Part shown: one piece after another, positions 13,225 to 24,213 of the stretch
How the letters are laid out: every line of letters starts with the position of its first letter
How positions within the stretch are numbered: the stretch's first letter is position 1
Assembly: GCA_036172245.1 (NCBI GenBank)
Contig: JAYWIR010000027.1
Span: 2,790,001 to 2,854,000 of the forward strand
DNA: 64,000 bases
Reading direction: 5' to 3'
DNA from: Raillietiella orientalis
Taxonomy: Eukaryota
Notes under the pieces: model-generated
Database searches by the model: none
Told to the model about the DNA's origin: nothing
The model's input: only the letters and a program-made list of their open reading frames with translations
Position numbers and translations under genes: made by a program

Positions 13225-16200
13225 TGAGCCGCCTCCACTGCGAGAGCGAGTCCTTCAAGATGGACCTCATCCTGGACGTCAACTCGCAACTGTACCCCGT
13301 GGAGCTGGGTGAGTTCCCCCTCCCCCCGCTGCCCCTCCCCCTCCACAACCCCGACGTCGCCGTTGCGCGCACCGCCGCCTCCAGGTGACAAGTTCCGGTT
13401 GGTGCTGGCGACCACCCTGCGCGAGGACGGTTACCCGGACAGCGGCGAGTGGAACCCCCTGGAGACCGGCCCGTCCCGCTCCGACAGCTTCGAGTACGTC
13501 ATGCACGGGAAGATCTACAGGATCGAGGGGGACGACGAGCGCTCCGGGGAGCCGACGTCCAGACTGTAAGTGACCGCCAGCCTTTCTCCTCCCTCGCTTC
13601 CTCCTCCTCCCTCCCACCCCACCCCTTCGTTCTCCTCCTCCTCCCCCGCCTCCCGGCCGAAGAGGGGCGGACGGCGGAGGCCGCGCGGCCCTGCGGGAGC
13701 CACAGCGAGTTCACACGGAGCGCTCTGGACCTGTGAACACAGCTGGTGGTATCTCACCGGTCCGCGGCGCCACGCTGCGGGCGGAAAGTGAACGACAGGC
13801 GGCGCGCTCGCCGGGCACACGGGGGGCACAGGCGGAGGAGGAGGCTCCTTTCCCCCCGCCCCCGCCCTTCGCAATGAGAGAGGGAGAGGAGGAGGACGGG
13901 GGGGGCAAAGGGAGAGAAGCCCTTCCCTCCCCTTCCCCCTCATTCCTGTCGGGGGGGCGCGCGCGGCACCACCAACCACCGTTTACAGTCCGCCGCCGCT
14001 CCCCCTCCTTTTGTCCTCCCGCGGGGCGAGGTCGCTCGGAAACCTCTCCTCCGCCTCCTCCGGTGGCGTTCCGCAGGAGGGCGGCGGCCATCCTGGCTGA
14101 CCAGACCCCTCCCTCCCTCCTCTTCCGGCCTTCCTTCCCTGCGGCCTTACCTCCCCACCCCCCTACCCCTTCCGTCGTGGCGACGCGTGCGCACCGCTCG
14201 CCCGGGCAGATGCTTCCTCCTGGAAGAGCCCGGAACCTCTCTTGGGTTGCTCCCCCTCCTCCTCCCGTTCTGGGTCCGTTCCAGGAGGCGGCGGCGGCTG
14301 GGCGTGAGGGACGAGCGAGCGAGCGCCAGGTGGCGGCAGCGGATATTCACCGGTTCAACGCTGCAGGACCCGCGCCCCCTGGCGGGTAGGACAGGAGCCT
14401 TGCCCCGCCCGAGGCCCCACTCGTGGCGTCTCCCTACCCCCGCCCGCTCCCGAGCCTTCGTGCGGACGGCTCCTTGCAGCTTCCGAGCACTCGCATCGCC
14501 ATCTTGGGACTCACCGAGGAACTGAGTCGCGCGCGGGGTAAATGACGTGAGCGTACGCGCGCTTTTGCTAGCTCCTCCTCTCCTTTCCTATCCCCTATCT
14601 TCCCGAATGGCGCGCGCGGCCTCGGGAGCTGCTGCCTTGCTTCTCCCCCCCCTGACCCCCCCGCTAGTGCTCCCGGGCTTTTCGTTGTCAGGTTAGCCGT
14701 AAGCAGCACTGCACGGGCCACGCTTCCTCCTCTTCTGCTTGCAACCCTCCCCCTCTCCCCCTCCTTTGACTGGGGTTCCCCGCAGAAGGGTAGGCGGAAC
14801 GAAGGGACGGGTCTCTGATCTCCCTACTTTCCCGTCCTTCGTTACGCGGCCGATCCCGCGATGCAGGAGGAAGAGGAGGTGAGGGCCTTCCGCGAGTGTT
14901 TTTCTGGTGACCAGCCGTCCCCTGACGAGAGACTAACCCGGCACGGGGGGTGGGGGAAGGGAGGGAAGGGGCAAGGAGATGGGAGGGCTCAGGGAAGGAG
15001 CGCAGCCGCCCGGTTGGATCACCTGCTCGCACCGATGATGACGTCAGTGCAGACTCTGCATCGTTGGAGCTCGCGCAGGCTGCGGATCCTTCGCGCCGGG
15101 CGAGGCGCCACGTGCGTCGTTCCTGTGCAGCGTTTCTTTCCTCTCCTCCTCCTCCTCCCGGAAATAATTCGGGGAGTGGGGGGAGGCGAAAACGTACGGA
15201 AAGTTCCCGGCGGAAGCTGCCGCTGCTTCTCCCAGCGCCCGAATGGAAAGGCGAGAGGGAAGGGGGGGGGGAGGGAAGGGGGGGAGGAGTTGGTGCCACA
15301 GTGCGAGGCGGAACATTCAGCTGCGAAGAGGTCACGAGGCCTCCTCGTTCTTTGCGCATTTCCGTGTATTCGGCAGCAGAGCCAGGCAGCAGGAGCAGCA
15401 GGGACCTCCTCCCTCATCCTCAACCCCCACCCCTCCCTCCACGAGCGTTCGCGGCATCCGAGAAGACTGGAGGATCCTGCGCGCCGAACCGGCGCTCCCT
15501 TGCCGTCGCGACTTTCCCTGCCTCCAAGAGATGGCCGGTCGCCGGGCAGCGCCGGCGCCGGGTAGCCCAGGCAACCGCCGGGATCTTCCCAGGAGGAGCA
15601 GCGCCCACGGAGAACGCCGCCTCCCTTCCTTTTGGTTGTTGTTGTTGTTTCACCCCCCTCTCTCCCGCCGCACATCGTGCGTTTCTCTCGCACCAATCTC
15701 CCTCCCACTGCGGGTGCGCGGGCCGCGGACCCAAAGATTTCCTCCTGACTGCATGCGTACGTCGCTCCCGTTTCTCCGCGCCCACCTTTTCCCCCTGGCC
15801 AATTTGTGATCAGGTTGCTGCTGCTGCTGCTCTTTGGCTTCGTGAAAACGTTGCGAGTTCTGCGGGTCGTCTTGCCCGAAACCCACGGACGGAAGGAAAA
15901 GGAAGCAATGTAGGCGGCGGTCACGCAGCCGCCGCCTCTGCCGTGACGTAAAAAAAAAAGTGACCAAAGTGTGTGCGCCTCACGGAAGGGAGCAGTAGGG
16001 AGCGGCGGCCTGCCGCGCTTCCCTTGTCCCAAAATCGAAGTGCTTTGTGTGGAGTATTTCAGTGGTGGTAGCACCATCCGTGTCTTCCCAGTGGGTGATC
16101 CACCCCTTTCTGTGCGAGGTGATCGGGCAACCTCGCCTCTGAAGAGGTGATACACGGCGAGAGTTCACCAAGTGGAGGCAAAATGCCGAAGGGCAGTGCG

Positions 16201-16769
16201 CGTACCTGGAGGTGTCCTGTGATGTGAAGAATTGCTTCTTTTTTTTTACTTGTGGGTCAAGTCTGCTCGATGGCAGCCGTAGTCACCAGCTGAAACCCAG
16301 CAGTTACCCTCTGCTTTGAGCGTCAACCTTTCAGTTTGCGCCTGCCAGCTGCAGTCACTACTTTTTGCATGTTTGTGATTTTTCTTGCTTTCCTCCTTTC
16401 TTTTCTTCCCTTCCTCTCCCCCTCTTCCTCCTCCAACTCCCCCCCCCCTTCCCCGAAAGTGACAGACTACTGATCGGAAGGTGTCTATATCAGTGCCCCT
16501 GGCTGGCAGTGTGGTTAGCTGGTTGTTAGATAAGCCGCCTACAACCGCTATCTGCACAGCCGGCGTGTGACGCTGGTTCTCTACAATATTAGCATTTCCT
16601 AATCTTCTGGTAATCAAATTGTCGGTCTTTATCTCATTATGTATGTTGCAGGGCGGCCTACGTGTCGTTTGGAGGTCTTTTAATGCGTCTGCAAGGGGAT
16701 GCAAACAACGTGCACGGCTTCGAGGTAGACAGCCACATATATTTGCTGATGAAAAAATTGGCCTTCTAA
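13225..16769 (+). CDS. POLR2H: RNA polymerase I/II/III shared subunit RPABC3/RPB8, 5'-partial. Exons 13225-13308, 13385-13565, 16652-16769
   Basis: Splicing at GT-AG sites gives (V)[43 protein letters not shown]...[15 protein letters not shown]...[40 protein letters not shown], near-identical to metazoan RPB8; splice phases are compatible. The N-terminal ~24 aa exon was not found. Confidence 0.97.
13690..13765 (+). ncRNA. mir-317: microRNA precursor mir-317 (mature 3p ~13734-13756), in RPB8 intron
   Basis: TGAACACAGCTGGTGGTATCTCA matches arthropod miR-317-3p; partly complementary 5' arm CGGGAGCCACAGCGAGTTCACA at 13694-13715 forms the hairpin. Confidence 0.93.
16498..16567 (+). ncRNA. mir-34: microRNA precursor mir-34 (mature 5p 16504-16526), in RPB8 intron
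   Basis: TGGCAGTGTGGTTAGCTGGTTGT matches arthropod miR-34-5p; star arm ACAACCGCTATCTGCACAGCCGGC at 16541-16564. Confidence 0.95.
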
Positions 16770-16771
16770 TC

Positions 16772-16777
16772 AATAAA
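16772..16777 (+). terminator. polyadenylation signal of RPB8
   Basis: AATAAA 2 nt after the RPB8 TAA, followed by a T-rich tract. Confidence 0.55.
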
Positions 16778-16837
16778 CCGCACATCGAGTTGGAAGCTTT
16801 TTTTCATTATTTTTATTATTATTACCTAGCTACATGC

Positions 16838-17401
16838 TCAGAGGCGCTCTTTGATCCGTGTGTGCGCACTCTCAAAATACTGGAGACGAGTAAGGGCAGC
16901 CTGAGCGCCATCTAGATCCTGGCGCTGGAAACAATCGGCGATCTGCAGCTCCATGTCCGCGATGGCTTTCGTGCATGCATCACGCAGTACTTCCAGCTCC
17001 TTCTCCGTCTGCGCCTCTTCCAGCGCTTCCCTCAGTTCCAGCATCTCCAGAAGAAACTCTGCATCCTCCCCTGATGCTTTCAGATAGGGATCTTTCCCTT
17101 GAAGTTCCAGCAAATGAAAGCCTCTTTGCAACGGGTTGCGCAACACTGTGTATGCCTGATTTACAAGCGTGCACATCATGTGTGCCTCATGCTGTTGCTG
17201 TACATCACCACCCTTCCTATCAGGATGAAACTCCTGCTGGAGCTGATGATGACGCTTTTTGAGCTGTCCTTCATCAACATGAAAACTACGTGCTAAACCA
17301 AATAAATCAAAATAGTCAACGATCCTTGAGGAAGGGCACAGAAAACGCAAACAAAGAACAGGCTGTGGGATGGATAACACCGTGCTACTCATACCACCCA
17401 T
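16838..17401 (-). CDS. HSCB: Fe-S cluster co-chaperone HscB/HSC20 (J-domain plus C-terminal helical domain); true 5' end uncertain
   Basis: DYFDLFGL...LQQEFHPDR (HPD motif)...VNQAYTVLRNPLQRG...EFLLEMLELREALEEA...LTRLQYF. In-frame ATGs at 17401 and 17392; possible 3' splice site at 17326-17325. Confidence 0.92.
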   Translation of the reverse strand: MGGMSSTVLSIPQPVLCLRFLCPSSRIVDYFDLFGLARSFHVDEGQLKKRHHQLQQEFHPDRKGGDVQQQHEAHMMCTLVNQAYTVLRNPLQRGFHLLELQGKDPYLKASGEDAEFLLEMLELREALEEAQTEKELEVLRDACTKAIADMELQIADCFQRQDLDGAQAALTRLQYFESAHTRIKERL

Positions 17402-17906
17402 TTTGTGTGAGTTCCATAAGAAAGCAAATCCCCAGTATTTTTGTTGCTTATCTTCACCTGCAAATATGCAAGACTCTTTCCTTGCTTCAGGAGCTTGGAA
17501 TCAATGCACAACTCATCACCAAGTACAGCTTTTTGTAGAAACCTATTACCCAATCTCACTGTCATAATGGAGGGATGACTTACGACACATTCAGATCAAC
17601 TGATACTCCAGGATTATTTTGTTCTGTGGTGGCTAGACCAAGAGAAGATACCACATCAATCAGACTTGCTGTGAAGCCTCCATGCAGACTTCCACGCAAA
17701 TTCAGGTGCTCTTTGCACACCTTCAAATGGGCTGTGCAGTTCCCTTGCCCAGCAGAAACCAAATGCAGCTAAAATACAGTGTCAGTGAGCACATGGCTAG
17801 CCACCACATTCCTTACGCCTTTCATAACATGACAAAAGCCACCATGGTCTACCATATGTTTCACAGTCTGCTGCAGTAGATCCACAATGGCTCTTTCATT
17901 TCCCAT
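17389..17906 (-). CDS. ACOT13: Acyl-CoA thioesterase 13 (hotdog fold). Exons 17906-17817, 17768-17584, 17542-17389
   Basis: Spliced: MGNERAIVDLLQQTVKHMVDHGGFCHVMKG/LHLVSAGQG...EHLNLRGSLHGGFTASLIDVVSS...PGVSVDLNVS/FLQKAVLGDELCIDSKLLKQGKSLAYLQVKISNKNTGDLLSYGTHTKWVV*. Has N..G.LHGG, GVSVD and G.HTK motifs; GT-AG introns of 48 and 41 nt. Confidence 0.93.
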
Positions 17907-20900
17907 AGCAACCACACCTAGACAGTCCATAGTCATTGAAATGCATTACATACAAAAGATGGGCCAAAGCTATCCCAGAAGGAAACTAGAATCTACTGAG
18001 CTTACTTCAACTTTTGCTTAGGAACATAGCTACTTTATCTTTTGAAAACTCTTGTTGAAGTGGGAGCAATGCTTGAGACTTCCAAGTATACAGTTGCAAC
18101 AAAGGGAAATACGACAAAGAAACAATCAATATGGAAAGAAAGAAATAATTTCCACCTGTCGAATACCTTTCCTGATTTCAATATTGGTCAGCTCCTACCT
18201 TGAAATGCTCACATGCGATTTAAGATAAGTGCTTCTGAAATACCCTGACCTAGCACAGAACAAAAATAGCCTCAATACAGAAGAACAGCACGACATTCTG
18301 ATTATTTACTTTGTGCAGAACGACACATATCCAAAGACCAAATGCAACCATGAGCACAATAATGAATGAAACGAATTGGTATAGGGTGTACCACTAGAAA
18401 AGTACAAAAAATCACTGCTCCAGGCCCAAGCAAGCAAACTTGACAAAGTGTGATAGGTACCCAAAGGATGATTCAGTTGACATGCTCCCACATTTTTTGT
18501 GCACGCAGAAACGCACAGCGATACACCTTATGGAACAATTTCAAAGAGAAACTGATCACTTGGAAGCGTGCCATGAAGTTCGCCTGCTCGCTAGATACGA
18601 ACTCTCCAGAAACTCGGGAGCCAACGCACAACTACATTATTTGCAGATGAAATCTTTGCACACAACGCTTTAGGCAAAAATACCGGGTGCAAAATCCACC
18701 ATACTGCAAGTGCACACATACCAAACCGTGACTTCGTGTCCTTAGATCGGTGGAAACAAGCTCTAAACATGCGAAACGAAGAAAAACAACCTCAAAACCC
18801 ACGAGGTTTAAGGGTTACTTACGATCTGCACTTACCCTGCCACAAATTATCACGAAGACGTAGTTGCTATCGGCGCCTCTTCGAAAATGTACGACTTTTT
18901 CTCTCTTTTTTTTTCCTTTTTTTCCTCGTGACAACACGGAAGTGCGCAGCAACAAATGTTGCCTGGGCAGTGGCAAATGCTCGAACACACAACACGGGCG
19001 GACATGGCGCACCCAACTGGGAAAAGATGTCCAAGAGAAAAAAAAAAAAGCCCCAGGCTTTTCGCACACGGCGCACTCACACTTCAAACACACTGTTTTT
19101 CATCGACGTGTTCGGTTATGATTTACACTTAAGCTGCCCGTGTTTCCTGTGCCAAATGCTGCTTCAAGTAACCCGCCTTCTCTGAAGAGTACAACTCACA
19201 CGGTTGCACTGCTTGTGGATCGTTTGCAACGAAGAACCACATCACGGGCATCCAGATGACACGAAAACGATGTCTCTGACCACCATGGCCAAGGAATAAT
19301 CACCTGGGGCAAACACGCGCCAACGAACATCAATTCGATTGTAAGCAGTGTTGTGACCCAACAGGGCAAAAAACCTTTTTCCCTAATGACTCCGTTTCTG
19401 TTGATGAATGGCCGCGAGTCTCGATCACGGTCAGTTCATTCAAATAGCTAGGTAAATAACCTTTCACCTATTACGTTCACTTGTTCCTTTCCCTACTGCC
19501 ATCGGGCACCAAACGCTTTCTTGGCGCCGTGCCTCCCTTGCTGGAAAGGTCGTGCAAAGCAGAAAAGAAAAATGACAGAAATTCGCAGGAAGATTCCTAA
19601 GCAGAGACGAGCAAAAAGCAACAAGTGTACGAACAAGAAAACTTAGACAGTGCTGGAGGCTCAGACCCAAAAACTGATGAAGAATGTCAGCAAGACAAAA
19701 GCACTCACTCTTCATGAGGAAACGACAAAAGCAAAAACAAAAGGGAGTAGATAGAGTCTTACTATTGATTTCCTAAATGTGATATCAGCGTTACAATCAC
19801 ATATCGAAACGCTCCATAAGATTCAAGTAGTTCATTCGACTGTCTGCGTCTTTGATTACTGCAAGTGAGCGTTCCTCCTACATTTCAGGCTATGATCGTT
19901 GGAGTCCAGTAATTAACAACTTGGTGAAATCATCCTTTCACCTACACATCTCCCAAACTCTCCAGACAGTATTCTCAATGAGTTTTTTTGCTCATCTAGG
20001 ATAATTTTTTTTGTGAGTGTCTTGAATTCACACGGTCTTAACTAGCAATCCCATTGTGAGGAATATGCCAGATGAAAAATAAGAACCTGTTATAGATTGC
20101 TGTTCCTCGGCCACGAAGCCTCAAAATAGATTCGCAACTTGGGGACGAGAACCTTTTGCACGAAACGATATCCTTCTGCAAAGTTGTAGTGTTATTTCTT
20201 CGTTTTCATTCCCAAATGCCCCAAGTTCCTTGACGTGGCGTTTCCAGGGAAATTGAAATTTTCCAGGGAATGCTTAGATTTGTCCCAAAATGAATCAAGC
20301 GAAAACTGGAAATCTTTGGTTCATAGTGCGAGCAGTTCTTTGCAGTCTTTCCATCTCTCTTTCCTTCCGACTGTGTGAGTTTCCACGTGTGTATGCAAAT
20401 ACATATAATGCATCTCTGTTATCATGAATGTTAATTTGGTTCAACGATTCACCCCTCTCTAGTTAGTTTATAGATCGCTTGCTAGTATACAGGTCATGTC
20501 CTCACTGTGCGTGAGGCATCATTTTGATTCCATTTATTCCTTTATTTCACTATTTTTTTTTTTTTTTTACGTGCGTCATTCTCGATTCTTTCATTCTTTA
20601 ATCTCAGGTTCCGATCGATTTTAGTGCTTTTAAACTTTGACCTGAAAAAGCTGGAGTGAAACTTGAGAAAATACAATTTCGATCGAGTAAGGAATCGATC
20701 GAGTTCTTCCAGAGAATGGAAAATGCAATCTACATGCTCTCTATTCATTTTCCTTACTTTCTCTACTTATTTTCTTGGTTCAAGAGCAATGAACTCGAAA
20801 GCCAGGATGAGGCTCGATTCATTTAGCAATATTATTCAAACTACTGCACAATAACTTCCAAACTTCTACTGTTCGAACTTTATGCACATTGTACATAACG

Positions 20901-23900
20901 TGAAAGAATGACGGTTTGAACTAAAAACACTTGAATGCATTAGCCGAAACAAACGCATTTATTCGCTTAACTGCTAAATGAACGAAAAAGTTCTTAATTT
21001 TGATGGAAGGCAGTGAGGATTTGTCGGGATTAGCCCGCGAACACCTCTCCAGGGGAAAACGATGGTGCGCTTAGCAACGTACCTTTATGGTGATTCAAGC
21101 CAAAAATTCCGGATCGATTGAGGTATGGAACTCGCGGCTGCTCTTTCACTTTGATTTGATGAACACCGTGAAGAAGTTGTTACTCCTAACAGACAAAGGC
21201 TGAAGGCAACACTATTTAAGGAATGCAAACTGGCTTGTACATAAGAACGGTGCTGAAGTGAATGATCAAAGAACTGGAATACTGCGATTCAGGAAATATG
21301 ATTTCAAAATACGGGAGCCAAAAAGTACATCGAGACATCGTGGCTTTGTTGCAAGTTTATTCTTAAGAGAATGGAAAAGCGTTTATCATAAAAAATTACA
21401 CGTATAGACATGTAATTTATCTTTTCCATGTACCTGGAGAACTTATTCCAACTTCAGTCTTCCCAAAGCAAGTGTTTCGTCTTGTACAGATCTGGCATTA
21501 TTGAAGCACTGCATTCTACACATGCTTTGCCTTCAATGGTTCAAACGGTCGCTTGGTGTAGCAGTATGGCAGCATCAGGTTGCCATACTGTTACACAGCG
21601 AGTCTTCCTGTGTGTTTCCATCAAATCTCTCGCCTCTGCTTGTCTTCGTCACGAGAGCACTGTTCGCACTCGCATGAAGAGCAGCTACCGGAATCCCACA
21701 TGGTCAAAGTTAACCCATCGATACTCGCTTGAGGTTTGAACCTCCTCAGTTTTCGAGTCTCACCCTCTTGCCTTCCCCCCCGAACTGGCGAATCTGGGTC
21801 TCCTCAACAGTCATTATGAATCTTTGAAAATCCTGTGTCATTCCCGTGTCGTTCCATATTTAGCACACGGACGTGTTTAAGCATCAGTTCGTATTCACAC
21901 TGTTGAATCCAAGATTGTTTTTGAAAGATCGAGTTTGCTGATCCACAACTGACACAATTCCAAAGGTTTTCAAGCGATGGTAGCATCTTGGTAGTCCTTG
22001 GTCGTGGCTGAGCAGGTTCGGTGTGTGATCTTGGTATCTGAGGACGTCGTCCCTGGACAATCTTAATCCTACGTGGGTGTTCGTCCATTTCTAGGCGGCT
22101 TACCCAGCTAATGGCATTTTCGAGCTTAAAACAACTCTGCCTGTATTGTGCCAAAATTCTCCTACAAGATCTCTGCGGAAGACACCCCTTCGCAGTACAA
22201 AGGAAAGAAGAAAGAAAAATCGCATCGACTCTTTGTTCTTCCTTGGTGTAATTTGATCGGGAGCATGTCATCTTTTGCGTGCGCACGCGAAGAAAAAAAA
22301 AAAAAAAACACTGCAAAGTACTGGCTTTTATACACAAGACAAATGAGTCCAGGGTCGAAGCGAAAAAACTTAAAACATGTACTTTGCTTGCTTGTCTATG
22401 CAAGCAAAGTACATGGATCACCTGTATCCTTATTTTTAGACATCCTCTCTTAGAGACGCATAAACTGAAAAGATGGATGGAAATGAAGGCTGCAATTTCG
22501 GTTCCAAACCACACTGTTGAGAATGTAAAAATCCTGCTTTGCCTAAGCTTGGAAAATGGCCACATGACACTCCATCTTCATTGCTTTCCCGCGAAACTTG
22601 AATCGGACATTCAGACGAAACCCATGCAATTTTTGCTTCATCTCACTTTCCGTCACCCAATCATTCCAATTTATGCACCTCCTGCTTTCTAGAAGCTACT
22701 TGAATTTGTGATTTCCCCCCCCCTTCCACAAGTGCTGCGACCGCGATCTAACTTTATGGAAAGAAACTGAGGCATCTACTCGAAAAATAGAAGTAATGCT
22801 GCAGGAAAGCTTCAAGTGCAAGCCGGATGAAGTTCCACAGAGCTTCGAGCCAACTCTGTCATTTTTTTTGGACTGCAACGCTTTATAATTTATTAGTTTC
22901 AAGGAGACTGAATTCTCCCCTATGTTCGATTATTACTTTTCGATGACGGACATCGACTTCCATCGGTCCAGGCCAATGCAAGAGACGGTTGTCATGTGAT
23001 AGTGTGAAGCACACGAGACACAATTCTAAATCATAGGGTTACAAATGTGCAAGGGGAAAGAATGTGCCTTTTTTTTCTTTTCTTTTTCAATAAGGATACT
23101 ACTGATACACACACCGACAGAGAGACAGGTTTTCCCATGCAATGCATAGCACACACACAGTCGGCAGAGAACGAATCAAAGTTCCACGATTGGATTAAGC
23201 TCGTTAGAAATGCTTAGAGCAAAAAAATTGTTCCAAACTCAAGGGCACTTCACGAATGCCGTTTCACCAAATCGGCAAAATTTCGTACGCAGTCGTTCAA
23301 GACAAAATGAAGAAATGAACTGGCAGATGTTGAGGGCCGAGAGCAGACCTAGGGCCCATACAATGCATCTCCGTGGTCTTCGATTTTGCGATCCCTTTTT
23401 CTTTTTCTTTTTTCCGTGCCCATGACTGCTCACGAGCTAAGTGTTTACTTTGGGTACATTAGTGTTTGGGCTTCGGTGCATGACAAACACCTTTATGAGT
23501 CCTTGTTAACCTAGTTTGAATACCAAAGTTCCTTCAAGGTAAACCTGTTGAGGCCAAGTAGCCAATGATGTGCATAAACATGAGATTAAATTTGAATTGC
23601 AATGTAACCCCCTTCAAACTTCCCTGTGAAACGTGCCATCCATAGAACAATCTGATTACATTCTGTGTGGTGTCCACATCACATTCAGTAAAGCTTACAG
23701 ACTATTTAAAACTTGAGGAAAGTTGGTATGCAATATGGATGTTTCCAACATGAGCACTTCGAACACTTCTGTTCCCACTGTAGATGGTTCCCCTGTATGA
23801 AAGCTTGACAGAAAATTTAAGAATTCATGTTCCGAAGTAACACATATTTGCACACGGTAATCGGATTGTTTCGATTACAACGTGCAATTTATTAAGATTA

Positions 23901-24213
23901 AAAAAGAAATGCACAACGAAATATGGACCCTGGGTCTAAGCTTTCAAATACTGATCATGAGTGGACTGATGTAATAAGGAATGCAATAAATAGACTAACG
24001 GATACTTAAAATACAAATCTGATATTCTTATTAAAAGCATGCATCCGACAAGAAGCAAATTCGCTTTTCCTTCTATGGGATATGCAGTGGGCTACTATGA
24101 TGGTCTGCTGTGCTGGTTTACTATCAAGATCTCTGTACTTCCATATGATGAAATTCGTGCCCATACTTTAACAAAATACAAATACCTTGCATTTTATTTC
24201 CTCATGTGCACCA

